Shown here piece by piece: positions 12,701 to 27,700 of a stretch of DNA of 64,000 nucleotides (position 1 is the first letter of the stretch; each line of letters starts with the position of its first letter). Position numbers and translations under genes: made by a program. The stretch is from positions 25,110,001 through 25,174,000 of the forward strand of contig CM119381.1 in NCBI GenBank assembly GCA_051294905.1. The letters run 5' to 3'. The notes under the pieces were generated by a model. That model saw only the letters and a program-made list of their open reading frames with translations, did no database searches and was not told where the DNA came from. Origin of the DNA: Botryllus schlosseri (taxonomy: Eukaryota).

Positions 12701-15700
12701 GTCTGATATATCGTCGCAAGTCGGTATACCATCGCAAGCATCCGCGTAGTAAGGATGGAATAGCATGCTCCATTCCATGCCAAATTGATTCTTGTAATCA
12801 TCTTGCAACGACGCTGAAGATAAGTTCATCAGTTACAGATGTAGAATCATCAATGTACAGGGAGATAATAAAATACGATAATCCTTCATGCGCGTATAGT
12901 GGATAGGCAGTCGAATTACAAATTTGTCTGAAAAGATATCAAGGGAGCTTGATCCAGGTGCATATAGCAGTGTTGACTGAAGTCATGACTTGACTGGACG
13001 TTTCAGAAATGTGGATTGACTCGTGACTCGAGGCCAAATTTCCGAGTCAATTTCAAGTAATCGGTGTCGACTAAATCGCTTTATCTTGTATAGTGTTCGG
13101 CTTGTTAGCGATACGCTGGTGTGAGCTGTGAGAGCAATGAATCAATCAAAGAATGTGCGTTTTACCGAGCCTTTTTACCGAGTAAATTAGTAGTAGTTGT
13201 TTAGGTGGATTGTGGATTTGCATCATATAAATTGGCGTCAAGATTCTGAGGTTTCGTATTCTATGCCGTATTATAGTTGATGATAAAAGACTGGGATATA
13301 CCGCTACTTGCACAGTTTATCAGTTCTACGTATGCCTGGGCAATACAACGCCTATTCTGCGTGTATCTTCGTTCCCCGATTTGGAATAAATGGGTACTCA
13401 ATCTGTATTTAAAACAGCAAGCAAAATGCAATGACTTTTAATCATTCCTCGTACTTCGCAAATTCAACTTTACTTGACTCGTGACTTGACTCGTGACTTG
13501 ATTCGAGTCCCCTCCAAAATCGAGTGACTTGACTCGAGTCACCTTTGAAAATCGATTGACTTGAATCGACTCAAGTCAAAATGTGCAATGACTCGAGATG
13601 ACTTGTGACACGAAGGTAGTTACTTGTCCTAACACTGGTATATAGCACCGTATTTATATTAACATATTCAAATATTATACCGGGGCCTATACCGTAGGCC
13701 CCGATTATACATACATGCAAACAAGTCGATCACAATTCTAATTTTAATAACCAGCAATGATAATTCATTTTGTTCGTACTTACTTCTATTAATCTTTGGC
13801 CATGAATCAGAAGCATTCCAACCTTTTGAAATATAATGACAAATTGGTCTTTCGGACTTCCAGCAACGATTTTTGCAAACTATAATCAATAGACCTGCTA
13901 ACTGGCTACGGAAATCGATTTTCATTTCCGCATTAACATGATCAGAACCAGCATAGTATCAATCTTCTAAGCATACCAACTGTACTTCGGCACCATACAC
14001 TGAATCAATACAGGATATATGACTATATAAACAACATTCATGTTAGCAAAAAATTGCGGGGTGTTCTGTACTAGCCATGTATTAATCTGTAAATTGACCA
14101 AGATCTCAAGCACTATAGACAGGCATGATTATTCTTGGCCAAACTACCCAAAATAAAATTTCGAAAATGCCAAAAATAAGACTTTTTGAAAATGTAGATT
14201 TTTATGATAATTTTTGATAAAAATGTCAAAAAAATTGACAAAAGTTTGTATGAAGCGACAAAGCAAGTGTGTGAAGCAGAATTCTTAAATTTGGGTCCGT
14301 GAATCGTTCGGGGGTCCGCAGACTCTTCGAAAGGGTCCATGAAAGGTGAATGAAAATCTTAGGCTCGAAGACAAAAAGTCCCGTGATTAAATCTGGATTT
14401 ACGGTCAACGCGAATGCAAACCTTTTTTGAAAGGTTATGTGAACACGAACGTGAACACGAACCTATGACGTCACGTCACATCATATTGCTAATTCGAACC
14501 CTATGCATTTACCGAAACTAATATATTAATGTACAGCAGGCGTCACCATCCTTTTTGGAACCTGAGCTACTTCTTGGGTATACTGAATAATCCGACGGGC
14601 TACCAGTTACACCCGTCGCTCAGTTGGATTTCTTCACTTATACATTTAGAGCACTGGCAGAGTTTCCGCCCCTTAGCAAGAACAGAACAGACTCGCACCA
14701 GCATCTCCGGGCTCAGTTGCGTTGCCGCACTGCGCGCCCAAGCGCCAATGTACGCGTCGAGCCTCGGGAATATTAACTATATTCCAGTTAAGCCTCCACG
14801 TGGGCGGAGACGAGCAACTGCCCGATCGGAAACTGTGTTCGTATGTTCATTTGTATCGACGAACGCATGTTAAAGTCCTGTTCATATGAAACCCTTCTCC
14901 GCTTCGACTTTCAAAACTCTCATTTGAAAATTTGCTCTGCCATACTGACATGCTACTACCGATACCGAGTGACGACTCACACCATATTATGTCACAATGC
15001 TGAAGACAAGCTGACTGTCGAAGCATCACAAAATGTATCAACTGGAACCATCAAATGCAATAATAATTCCATAGCATCAATATTGGCCAACAACTTCAGC
15101 AAATACATTTTCGACCAGCATTTGATTCCCCCGATCAAGCTTAGGTTCACTATAACAACCGATTGCGGAAATTATATTTTGAAAGTTAGTCAATTCATTT
15201 CACAGCCTACAGTTAAATGACTTAGGATATAATATTAAAAATGCATCTGCGAAATAGAGAATTAGAAATATGCAACTACATTATCAATTGATGATCATCC
15301 TAATCGAAAAGCAAAATACGATTTGTGATAGAGTAGCCACGGAGTATTGTTGTTGTGATATAGTTTAGGCTTCAACATATATGGTCAGGTAATTGGTCAT
15401 TTTATGCCAGTGCGATGACCCCTAATTATTATAAATACCGAACACTCGACTTCTAGGCCAACCGATGTCTTATGCGATGATGAAGTTCCGAAGCGCAAAG
15501 CATGCAGCAGTTACATTCTTCAGGGTACGCTAGAAACTGATACGTTGCAGTAGCCATAATCTCACCGTTACCGTGCGTCCAAGTCACAGTTGGGTTACTT
15601 GGGTTATAAGAATCGCAAATGAACTTTTCTTCATGGCAGCCAAATTCATCTGAATGATCATCGCAATCATCCTTACCTATATAAAATGTCGCGGTTGTAA

Positions 15701-18700
15701 CGATATCAATTTATGTAGTAATGCTTGAGAAATATAATGACACCGTCACACTGATATATCTTCTGGACCTTTTTCATTCCTTCGTCACACGTCATGTACT
15801 CGTCAGGAAATGGGCAGAAATCTTCGTCGGAACCGTCATCGCATTCCTTTCTGAGAAATAATATGGAAATCGAAACACTCACAGCTTGTGGGCCAAACGA
15901 TGGCAAGAATCAATAAACGATATTTCGAATCTCAAGCTGCATGAGGCATTGACAAAGCCTCTTGCATTTAGTATGACGCCATTCTCAAGACTAGAAGTTA
16001 GTGGAGTAGTAGGAAATGTAGCATATCAACAGAAACTTAGAATTTCACCTGTTGTCGCACAGTTGCTGAGGTTTAAGGCAGATCTGCTCATTGGAAGTAC
16101 CCCTTCGACCAGCGTTTGGGATACATTGCAGTCTGCCGTGGCAAGCGCAGTCACCGTCTTAGATGCAGTAAATATAGTTTGAGTTTGAAATGGTGCAATG
16201 AAGACTTCCACCGATTTATAAATGTGAAAATGCATGACAATCTCTGTGTGCAATGTGCATCTTGTGCAAGAATATACGTGAGTGTCCCTCATAGCTATAA
16301 ATGTTTTCTTGTAATTGATGATTAACTGACTATAAATGCTCATAGCTCACCAAAGCAAATTTCATCGCACATGTCTGTTGTATTCGATTTTGCACTGTTT
16401 TTACCACACAAACATTCATCAGAGAGATCTTTGCAGTGGAAAAGTCCGTCACATAGCTGATGTTTTGGAATGACAAGTAGGCCGTCCAGACATCGAAAGC
16501 ATTTATCGTTGAAGTAAGCTGTAGAAGTTGAAAGTTTTAATGACATGATCAGGGTCTCAATCAATCAATCAGGTTTATTAATATTTTCATCGTTTCAAAA
16601 CATCACAAGACTGCGATACAATGAAAAGATAGGAAGGTGTCGAAACAACTTGGAGTAGCCTTTAAGATCAGACACCCACCTTAGCCTAGGCGAAGTAAAG
16701 AAGAGGCGTGCACACTGAATGAAAAGTAATGCAGAGAATATAAGACTCCAGAAATAAGGCTCCTGTCGGCAGCTGCATATGTAACGAGTTTGTATGGCAC
16801 AATTTCCATACATGATAGTTTGCTTTATATGTTAGTCCAGTGGTTCTCAACCGAGGGCCTGCGAAGCCTCGAAATTTGCAATATGATTGATAACCGCATT
16901 TTTATGTTATTCGAGAAATAGAGAAATTACGAGTCAGTTTCGCTTCATTACTGCTACATCTTCATGACTCACATCAACAGAATGAGATGAAATATTATGC
17001 AGCCGTGCAAACTCATTTTAATTGTCAAATTGCCAATTAAAGAACATTGTAGAACATTCTAGATGGGGTGATGTTCTTTCCAATTATCTACTAGTTGCTG
17101 ACGATTACCCCTGACGAGTGTCAGCCGAAAATATCCGGCTTCATTTCAATATGGATATACTATTCAATTGTATATTGAAGTTCTGTATCTCCAAGAAGCT
17201 CTTTAAATCTTGCCATTAATACTTCAGGGCGATATTCTTATTGATCATTCCTGAGCTGCATTGTTAATGTGTTGCTATTATGTAATGAGAAAGTCACGGT
17301 CAATTAGAAAAATATCTATTAGCTGTCATGATTCGAAACAATGTTAAACATGATTAGAGCCCGACCGATATTGGATTTCTGAGCCGATACCGATAAGACC
17401 GATATCCAGTACCTTTACCGATAACCCCGATATGTTCAGCCGATATTCAAAAGATATTGAATCTAGCTCAAGGCCCAATTTTAACAACTCAGAGCATTTA
17501 TTTCAACAACTTTACAGCCATTGATATGCTTGAACATGAAATAAATGATCTAGGGGCTATAAAAATATATCAAAAGCAGCAATCCAGCAGTTGCAGATTA
17601 CAGTTCACGAAGCACAATTTCTCGGCTCTTTCTCGAAGGAATGAACTTCTGTGGTCTTCCATAAGTGATGTATATAGTACTAAACATAGTGAGCAGTCTT
17701 TCACTTGGTACCATAGTTAGTGGCACGGCAAGAATTGGAAATCTTTCTTCATTTCGGTTCCACCGCTCCACTGCAGCGGATCTTTCCTTCAATGGTTTCA
17801 CCAAATATTGATATTAATATTGATATTCTTCTGGCAGTGCACCTGGAGCCTTCAGCACATCATTAACAAATAGCTGAAGAGAATGTGCAAAACAACTGAA
17901 ATTGTCCACGTCTGCAACTGCTCCACCCATCCCCCTTGGGCCTTGACCATGACCAGCATTCAAACAATCAATTGATCAATATTTTACGCTCTTTTGTCAG
18001 AATTGGCCTATGTCATCATGGAATTAAAAATTTTCGTATCAATTATTGGCTTTACTCCACGTTTGCTTGATTTTCTTGCCCTCTATGCTCGCATATTTCC
18101 TATCATGGTGGCCCCGAAGGCCTCAGTCAGACGACTTCATTCATTACTGGTAGCTCTGTTGGTACCGAACCAATAGCACTATCTTCCAAGAAATGTTTCG
18201 ACGAGACGCTTTTCTCTATCATCACGAGGGTCAGTCCAGCATGATTGATGTTCTCCTTTCTCTTACTGATTGAAATCTTCTGCAGACAACTATCCACCCA
18301 GCTGCTCTCTGTCTTTGGTGATCGATTACTGCAGGGGGATCCACACAAAGTCAGTGGGGCATAACGGTGGTTAGTAATCCATAATATTTTTCAGATAGGC
18401 ACGCTTACTGCCTGTATAGAGTATGCACTATATGCAGCTTGGCCAATTATTTTTTATAATTTACCGTCCTCACGTCTTCTATCGACTTCTCTGACTCCCT
18501 GCCACCATGTTGTGATGTCACGAAAATGGCCGATATTTTTTAACCTTCAACGGCCGATACCGATATTTCTCTCCAAGCGTGATATCGACTCGATATTATC
18601 GGCGAGCCGATAATCGGTCGGGCTCTAAAGATGATACATTTCAACTCTTTAAACCCCTATCCACGTTCTTTTATTAAGACTCTAAAACAGTGGTTCTAAT

Positions 18701-21700
18701 ACTTTTTTAGGCATACGCCTCCCAATTTCGTGCCCACTTATCATAATATCACAAAATATTAAAAAGTGCAACAAGAATGCTAGCAATCCCAACGGATAGT
18801 TAACAATGTGAAATATCAAAGTCGGACAATACACAAACAAACATAAGCTGCGGGTATTTCGCGCGGAGCGCGAAAAAAATTTCCATTAAACTTCGGTATC
18901 GCGCCACCATTCTGATGCTTTCACGTCCCCCAGTTCCAGAACCACTGCACTGATATGTAGGCAATATAGTACAAAGCTTATTTTCTTGGTCGCTGCATTC
19001 CGAGCAGTGTGCACGTTAAATCGCCTTTATGTTGTGCGAAGCTTGCAGCTTTTATGAACTTCGCCCTCCATTGACCGAGTGTTTCGTGCTTTTGTCATGA
19101 GACCGACTTTAATTAAATTCCTTAATCTTGGCGACATTATCGATTAGAACTGAAAGGATGGGTTTACCTTGACTCCAGAATGCAAATAGTTAGTTCTCTA
19201 AATTCTAAACCTAAAGCTTCTTTGAATTTAAGTTTTTGGCTTTATATTTTGGCATGCCCGTTAATCCTTTATGGCAGGAGTTCTCAACCTGGGGGGCGTG
19301 AAACATCTGAAGGGGGCGCGAAGAAGCGGTCAACTGAAAAAAAATTTCGCGCTCGGCGCGATTTACCTACAATGCACGCGTGTTTCTCTCTATATAGACC
19401 CAATTTCATATGTTATTATTCTCTCATCAACATTCATAACCATCCATACCACCAAACAATCTGTTGGGGTTGCTAGCATCCCAGTCGGATTTTGTGACAT
19501 GACGATAAGGGGGGCGCGAAATTTTTGGAAACATATCACGTTACAAATTGAAAACCATACCGTATAATTCGTAATCTGACAACGTCAACAAGGAAGATTT
19601 GAACTAAACTATATGGAAAGAGTGATTTCTAGTGACTTCAATTGCCTTTATTATGAATATGGATTATGCATGCCAGGTACGTAGGCAGCGTAATCGTGGT
19701 ATATTCATGAACAGGCTTCAAAGCAAACGAATTTCCTGTTCACTTGATACAGCCCATCGTTTTAGTTATTCAAAAGGCAAGTTTTATGTTTTGAATTCCA
19801 GCAACCTTTCGCGGGCCGCACAGAATAGCGTCGCGGGCCGCATTTGCCCCGCCGACCGCACTTTGCCCAGGTCTGAGTAAAACAGTGTATGGACCATATT
19901 ATTGGAATGGGTGAATAAAATGATGAGTCCCTACCGTCAGTCTGTTTGCCATCTTCGCAGAAGCATTCATCGATCCCCGATATACATTCTGAAGAATTGT
20001 CGCACACGTGGGCTTCAGGCAGCACACATATTTTGGTTCCCCCCTTTCTTGAAGACGGGCATTGAAATCCACCGATAGACCTGTTGTAATAAAAAGCAAT
20101 GTTTAACCTTCAAGATTACCACAAACCATCTCTCAATCATTCCTCATTCTATTCTGTGCAATCGAAGTAAAATAAGCAACATAACCGGTCTGAATGTCGG
20201 TCACTTTGTATCACAAGTAGTTTAGGAATTCAGCGTAATTTATTAAGCTAACCGTTACAGCCGCGATAGGAAACACAGGAGCAATATTTCGTAAGCAATA
20301 TTTGTAAGCGACAAACGCTATGTGTTGTGTCGATAAGACATTGAAAATGTTATGGTGCAAACCAGTAATGCAGGGGTCACCGGGCACCATGATTACAGAT
20401 TTCGGAAGAACGCATAGTAAAGCATTTTGAAATGCTGAAATTGCTTTCAGTTGAATAATATTGTTGTTGTTGTTCACAATCAGCTATTATCCTGTGCCCA
20501 ACACCAGTATGCCTTACTCGCTGATACAGCTTAACGGCGATGGCAATAGCACTCCATGGAGGAAGAATTTGCTGATATGGATGAGTAGCCTATATTGCCT
20601 TGACATGCAATGGATAAGACACTGCCAAGACCAAGACGCTGAGAAAACGACTTGGGGCTCCCCAACAACATCGAGCTTTACGAGGAGATAGTTTTGCAGA
20701 ACATAGCATGTTAGCTAACTCCAACATCGATTCAAAATCGGTCGAAATCGATTGAAGGGTTCATAAGATTCGCATTGTAACAATGGCAACAATAAGAAAC
20801 TTTGAAGTGTACGGTACTATACAGGGGGTGCCTTTATTTTGTACGTACATGCAAGCTAATGAAAAGCTAATTAAGATAATGAAAAGCTAATTAAGCTAAT
20901 GAAAAGCTAATGAAGATAATGAAAAAGTAAGCTAATGAAAAGTAAGGTAATGAAGCTAATGAGAAGTAAGCTAATGAAAAGTTAATGAAAAAAGGGGAAG
21001 CTAATGAAAACCTAATGAAACAAGCTAATGAAAAACTAATGAAGATAATGTAACAAGGAAGCTAATTGAACACCACACATCCAAAAACTTCGCTGATTGC
21101 AATTGCAAAATGTGTGCGTTTGTTGATTGACACTGAATTGGTATCTTCGAAATAATAATTAACCGACATCAATGCCAGCCTCGTTTATGGATAAACTATG
21201 CTATGAGTACTATCTCGCGATATTATTGAAAATACTCGTGATTTAGTCATTTACGACTATGAAAATGTTGCTACTTTATCGTTCCCAATGACTATGATAA
21301 ATTCTTCTTGGCATTGATCTGGAGGCCAAGAAGACTGAGGTTCTGGCCATACCAGCTCTGTCGGAGAACGCCACACCAATTCAACTGGGAGACGTCAGGC
21401 TCAAGAATGTCAAGAGTTTTATATATACCTCGGTATTGACGTCGCGGACTCTGGAAAAGCACTGAAGGCGAGGCGAGCAAAGGCCTGGGGCGCGGCAAGA
21501 CGGCTACATTGCCTCCTCCACTCAAGTGCCTCACCCCAGCTCAAGACCCGGATTTTCCGTGCCACTGCCGAGCAGGTTCTTCTCTACGGAATAGAAGCAC
21601 TCACGCTGACAGAAAAGCTGGCTAAGACACTCAACGCCAACTACGATGCACTCCTCCGCTACGCACTCGGCATCCACCACCCGGAGCACATATCCACCAA

Positions 21701-24700
21701 TGCTCTGCGCAAACTTACAAAAACGGTCCCATGCCGTTTGCTGGCTGCTGAACGACGCTTCCGCCTAATCGGTCATCTAGTGCGGCATCAAGACGATCAA
21801 CCAGCCGCCGCCATCATCAACCACATTCCGACGGAGCCATGGCGCAGAGGTGGCTGGAATAGAACCACAAGGCGCTCGACAATAGAGACCGAGCTAGCGC
21901 AACGCGGGCTTTCGCTCGAAGACGCCCACGACCGCCCACGCTGGAGGCGCTTAACAAGGGCCCAAAACGGATTATCTTGATGTTCTTTTGTTTCCTGTTT
22001 TCTTTTGCCCTTTTATTCAATTATTTAATTGAAAGTCGATATATATATACATATGATAAATTATTATATTTTAAACCACTACACATCGCCGTTTTTATAT
22101 GTTGGCACTTTAGCACCGAGTAGGCAGAAAAACTTCGTCAGATATCACCGCTGTATGTAGTGGCGAGATAATGTAGCGGTATAATCCACAGCTGCTGCAC
22201 CAGCCATCTCATCCGTGTAAGCGGTGTCTTATAAAAGCCAAGAATGTGGGCCGTTGTACAAGTCGGCCGCTACGGAATACAAATGAAGAAAATTGCCTGT
22301 TGTAAATGACCATGGCCATAGTAGTCGACACACAACATGAACACCTCAAAACAATCCTGTCGGTGCCGTCAAATCTTTCGGTTTGCAGGGTGCCGTTAGC
22401 GAAAAAAAGGTCGAGAATCACTGTGCAATAGGGCTCCATGAAAGGTTGTCTATAGAAACGGTGTTCACCAAATTTGGTTCAATTTCAACCAGTGGAAGTG
22501 GACCGAAAAAAAGGTCGAGAATCACTGTGTAATAGGGCCCCATGAAAGGTTGTCTATAGAAACGGTGTTCACCAAACTTGGTTCAATTTCAACCAGTGGA
22601 AGCGGAGTTATTGCCGTTGAAAAATTTGGATTACGAATAAAATAGTATTTACGGTGACCAATTCCCTAATTATTTATTATAGTGGCTTCATTTTTACATT
22701 AACTGATTTCATTAACTTTTCATTAGTTTAATTAGCTTTTCATTAGCTTAATTAGCTTTTCATTAGCCTAATTAGCTTTCCATTAGCTTAATTAGCTTTT
22801 CATTAGCTTAATTAGCCGCATTAGCTTTTCATTAGCTTGCATGTACAAAATAAAGGCACCCATATACAGGGATATCTAAAACTCCGGGATGCGTCACTCT
22901 CTCAAATTCACCCGCGGCGCCACCCGAGAGGAGTCACTTAATCAGTCTTTACGAGCTCTTGAGATGGTCGGTCGCTGTGTAGCAGATGCGGCTATGTTTA
23001 TTCTTCGAGGTATTTTTTGCATAGCTTAGTGTGAAGTGTATTGGTAGACAGCATCACTTTCATTAAAGGCAGGAAGTACATCCTTTCGATAGTTTGGCAA
23101 CAGGGGATTCGTTGTGTATACCATATGCGTGTTAACGCTGAAATAACATCGGTGAACAACCGATTTAATGAGTTTTTCGAAGCGGTTCGACACGTTACCT
23201 GGCCAAGGAAGGTGTAAAAATGCCGGGTATTTTTCTGGTCCATATTTGGGAGGTAGATTCGATTTTTTCAAAAGCCAACTGATGGAGCATTTTAATATAT
23301 GGTCTGGATAGCCAATTTTTGAAAGAATCGAGTGGATCTCATCCAATTCGCGTGACAATTTTTCTGACGAACAGAGCCTCAAGGCCCGTTGAACGAGAGT
23401 TGAAATGATGTTTAATTTTTACGCCGCTTCGGGCAAAATGAATCCCAACGGATATAATGGCCCGTGAAGGTAGGTTTCCTGTACACCGATATTAAAAAAG
23501 TTTGCTCTGACCTCTCAACTAACACGTCCAGAAATGGAAGGGACCCAGCAGTTTCTTTTTCCACGGTAAATTGTAAAGCCCGGTGGAGACAATTCAATTT
23601 TTCGAAGAATATAATACTCTCTCGCTCACTTCGAGTTTAATACATTTTCTACTACAATGTTGTATTGAAAGATATCGAATTCACGCTGCCCGCGGTCTCT
23701 ACGAAATTTGAAAAATGGCTCGCGACCCGTTTTGAGTTGGCGACCCCTGCTGCATACTTCTTTGCTGAACCACTTTCTATTTTTGATTCGCCATGGTTAT
23801 GTCGCTACTTGGCTGTTCCTATGTAGTATCCTACGCTCGGGGTTGCATTTGAAACAAAAATCAATTTCAAACGAATATGTTTAAAACGTGGCCCTTGTTT
23901 AAAACATGTCTTTATCCATGACGCCGCGCATCTTCAATCAGTCACAGTCGATCAGCGCTGTTGTATGGTTCATTAGGAATTATAATTGAAAAGAGATGGT
24001 CAACATGGCTCCTTTGACGAAAATTCCGAGCGCTGTCTTTAACGGCCAAAAATATCTTTGACCAGGACTACATCGTCGTGCATCATGTTTACGGTCGGCG
24101 GTCATCATCAAAACATCAATTTCATAACAGTTTTATATAATTACTTGCTATAACTGTTGAACCGACGATGATTCCGATGATTCCAATAATTCAATATCGT
24201 ATACATCGACTATATATCTCATACAAGTCTTAAAAAGGGTCATACTATGTTTTTAGAAAGTATTTACATAATCATACAAAGTTAAAAAAAAATAAATGGC
24301 ATCCGATTAAGACATTGTTTAAAACACCTCTTGTTATAAATGCAACCGTAATTAGTTTCATGGCTGACAGTGCGCCACAGCCGGACACGAGACGGGCAGC
24401 AGTTTCATGTTGGGCGTGACACATTCTGCATTTGCCTCCAATCTTTTGCTTCAGAAATTTTTTACAATGGAACTTGATCGGGAGAGATTGGTCATGTGAT
24501 CATGTTCGACTAATATTATAGTTTTCTTTATTCACAGTAAAACTGGTAAATACACACATAATCCGGGGAGCAACCCGCCTCCTCAGGAAAATGGCGAGAT
24601 TGGAGTTAATTTGCAAAATTTCAGTTATACAGTCAAATTGTTATTCCTACGCAATACATGAACATGGCGTTTATGACCAATAACAGGACCTCACAGACAT

Positions 24701-27700
24701 TTCCCACACAATGAGACGAACTCATGGAAGCCCGAGCTATGTGCGAGATATATATATATTGTGACCATCCAAAAGCATATTTCTCATACGAATTATAATC
24801 CCGTTCATCAGAATTATCGTCACAATCCTTCTGGTAGTCACAAAACGCTTCCTTTTGGATATATTGATCTCCTGACTCACAGAAAAACGTGTAATGGTCA
24901 CAGTTGGCCTCATCCGCACCTGAAATAAAAATGAGCACACATAGAAATTGCGATGCAGCAAAGAGAAGGACTATGGCAGGGCTTCCCAACGTGGGCTATT
25001 TTGAGAAACAATGGGGTGAAAATACCGAAGGGAGTGATAAGGGGGGGGGGGCGAAAATGGTATTACTTTTATTGGGATATACTTAATTAGCACGAAAAAA
25101 TGCACGTGAAGACGGCATATGACGCAAAAGTTGACTAAAAAAGGGTCAACTCAAAGGAAAGTAGATACGGAAGTCTAATCGACTACTCCGAAAATGAAGC
25201 TCCTGTTTATTTGTCCTCTTTTTTCGGATCCGTGATATATCGGGTGGCGTGAATTTGTGTCGAGCTTGATAGGGGGTGGGGGGTGGGGGGTGATGGGTGG
25301 GGTGGGGTGATGAGTCGAAAAATATTGGGAGCTACTGAACTAGGGTGAAACAACATTATTATTTTTGGTCTTCTTGCTTTGCAAACGCTGGGAAATTAAC
25401 GATGTTATTCACTTTTAACGGCATATTGATAGATAGTTTCGTTTCTTGTGTTTCAGTAGTGACTATCAAGTAGGGGACCAGGTGACGAGATCCATCCATT
25501 CGAGATGCCTTAATTGAAACTCGTCACCAGTAGAAGTTCGGGTACGAACCGTGTTTGCATTTACTGTGAAAATTTCTTCATTTGAACAGACCGGGAGAAA
25601 TTAAAATTTTTATTTCTAACGACTGTTCACTTATTTGCTGAGACTTACAACTTCAAATCCATAATGTTTAGCAAACATTTCGAAGTCGTCCTGATTTACC
25701 TTTCACTCCAATTTTTTATTTTCTTCACAAACACCATCAAAACATATTTAAACATCAATATGCTGTCTGTCTGTATCAGAAGGATATTGACAATTTTGAC
25801 AATTAAAATCAGTAGACACGACGATTTCCTCTAAGCTGACTGCGTGCGCAATTGCGCAGTGCTGACACGGTCTCCGCGCACAGAAAATAAATCTAAGCTG
25901 CGCACAAGAAAGCCGAAGTGATGACCTTTTTTCAGTCGTTACGGACTGTTGTCCAAGGGAAGGCGCAGTGAGTTGGTGAGTGCTCAGACTCGTAAAAAAG
26001 TAGAGTGAATATTGAGGCATTAGAGGGATGTTTCTTCTCAGACGGCCATTCAGTTGATATGAGTTGAGTACTGAAGTTTTAGCAGTTATGAAGCCAAACT
26101 GCTCTATGATTTCCCTCATTCAAACATGCAACTTATTTACAAATTTGGAGGCTTCGCGGACCTCCTGAAAATGGTTGAGAACCACTGCGCTAGTGGAAGC
26201 GGAGCGGGTGATGTGGTGTGCCTGAATACAAGCAAAAGTAATAAAGTGTTCGTGAATGACTGGTCTGTTCACTATTATACATCATTTTTGTTATTTCATA
26301 TTTTCTGACACCCGCTGCTTTTAGTCCATGGAAGTTTATGTAGTAAAGTTGGTAGAGAAATGAAATCACCTATCCTCGAGGTACGTGAATAAATTTCGAG
26401 GTGAGACAAAAAAGTCGTGGTAGAAATAAGTCCAAGATCACTCCTCTAGAACCGTGCTCTGCAACCCTTCAAGATGTTTTGACTATGGTGAGTATGCATA
26501 GTTACAGAGAACGTTGAAACGCAAAAGTATCACAAAATAATTGTTTACGTTAAATTTAAAGTGACACATGAGCTGAATTTTACGAACATAAAACTTTCAG
26601 TTTCTTTCAATGGTTAATTTTCATTGTTAATGCGATTGTAGCATGTAGCACGCGGCGTGACTTTGCATTTTCAAAAGCGACAAGCCTAACCACATGTCAT
26701 TCTTTACTTTCCATCCATTCCGACCTTCGTTTTCGCTACTCATTGGCTGAATCCAACTTCACAAGTTATGTCGGGAAAATTGGGATAAGTCGTTGCACAG
26801 CAAAATTCGAAGTAATTGTGCGTACGTTGAGTGCATTGGCACGCAAAGATAGAGATGCGGAAGAGACGACCCAAGCCTCCAATGCCATCACAAACAAAGC
26901 TGATAGGACATGGGTCTGTGGCCTGTATGTTTCCTGAATCCATGCGTATATATACCATGGTTTTCTAAAGCCCGACAAATGTCTTCAACCATTCCACTGT
27001 ATGATGACACAATTGGTTTTAATGATGGAACGTGAAAAAGTGAATCAAAACAGACTAACAAGGTAGAAAGTAATTTGCGAAACATGGTCTGCTCACTCGA
27101 ATGTGATTCACACCTGGGTTGCTTTTTCTGCTGCTTGATGGCGACCCAAGCTCAAAATGGTTATCAATTGAATGCTATTGAACCTTTGTTCACGAAAATC
27201 CATATATAAATAATGTTGGATCACCATAAATCTCTCAATTCACTCAAAAATGTTAAAATCGGGTTTGTTACGCACAATGCATTGAAACAATACGGTGCGA
27301 GCCAAAAATTAATCTGCAGCACCGATTGCTGGCACAACAATTCGATGACAATTGCAGTGCAGAATAACGACGCGCTCTCGAATTCGCGAACACACCATGC
27401 AGTATCAAATATGAAGTTGCGACAGCCTGTGACGAGTCAGCATAGAGAGAATACCTTCTCTTACTGATGTAACCAGTGACGTGCGGTGAGGTTCATGGCT
27501 GGTGAGGCACGGACCCCCCCTCACACACACACACGCACACAAACACGCACGCACGTAAATTACCTGACAAAGAGACCCAAAATGTGAATAACAACAGCTA
27601 CGGTTATAGAAGAGCATTTTCTTTGCACACTGATAGCCGTTGCAATTCCGCATTCTACAATACATGTGGGACTGGGCGCTATTGTGGTAATTGGACAAGT

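Noticed and set aside
15883-15990. 108-bp open phase 2-2 cassette with TAG acceptor and GTGAGT donor
   Set aside because: The downstream intron would be only 32 bp, and inclusion would split the CDN-RKEC LDLa motif
20850-21065. Short-repeat array as possible CRISPR or telomeric repeat
   Set aside because: No unique spacers; it is a degenerate minisatellite mirrored at 22700-22840 as part of a TIR
24920-24989. Signal-peptide-like start MGSPAIVLLFAASQFLCVLIF in the ORF track
   Set aside because: It starts at TTG, the hydrophobic run is the intron polypyrimidine tract, and the upstream exon completes the LDLa module exactly
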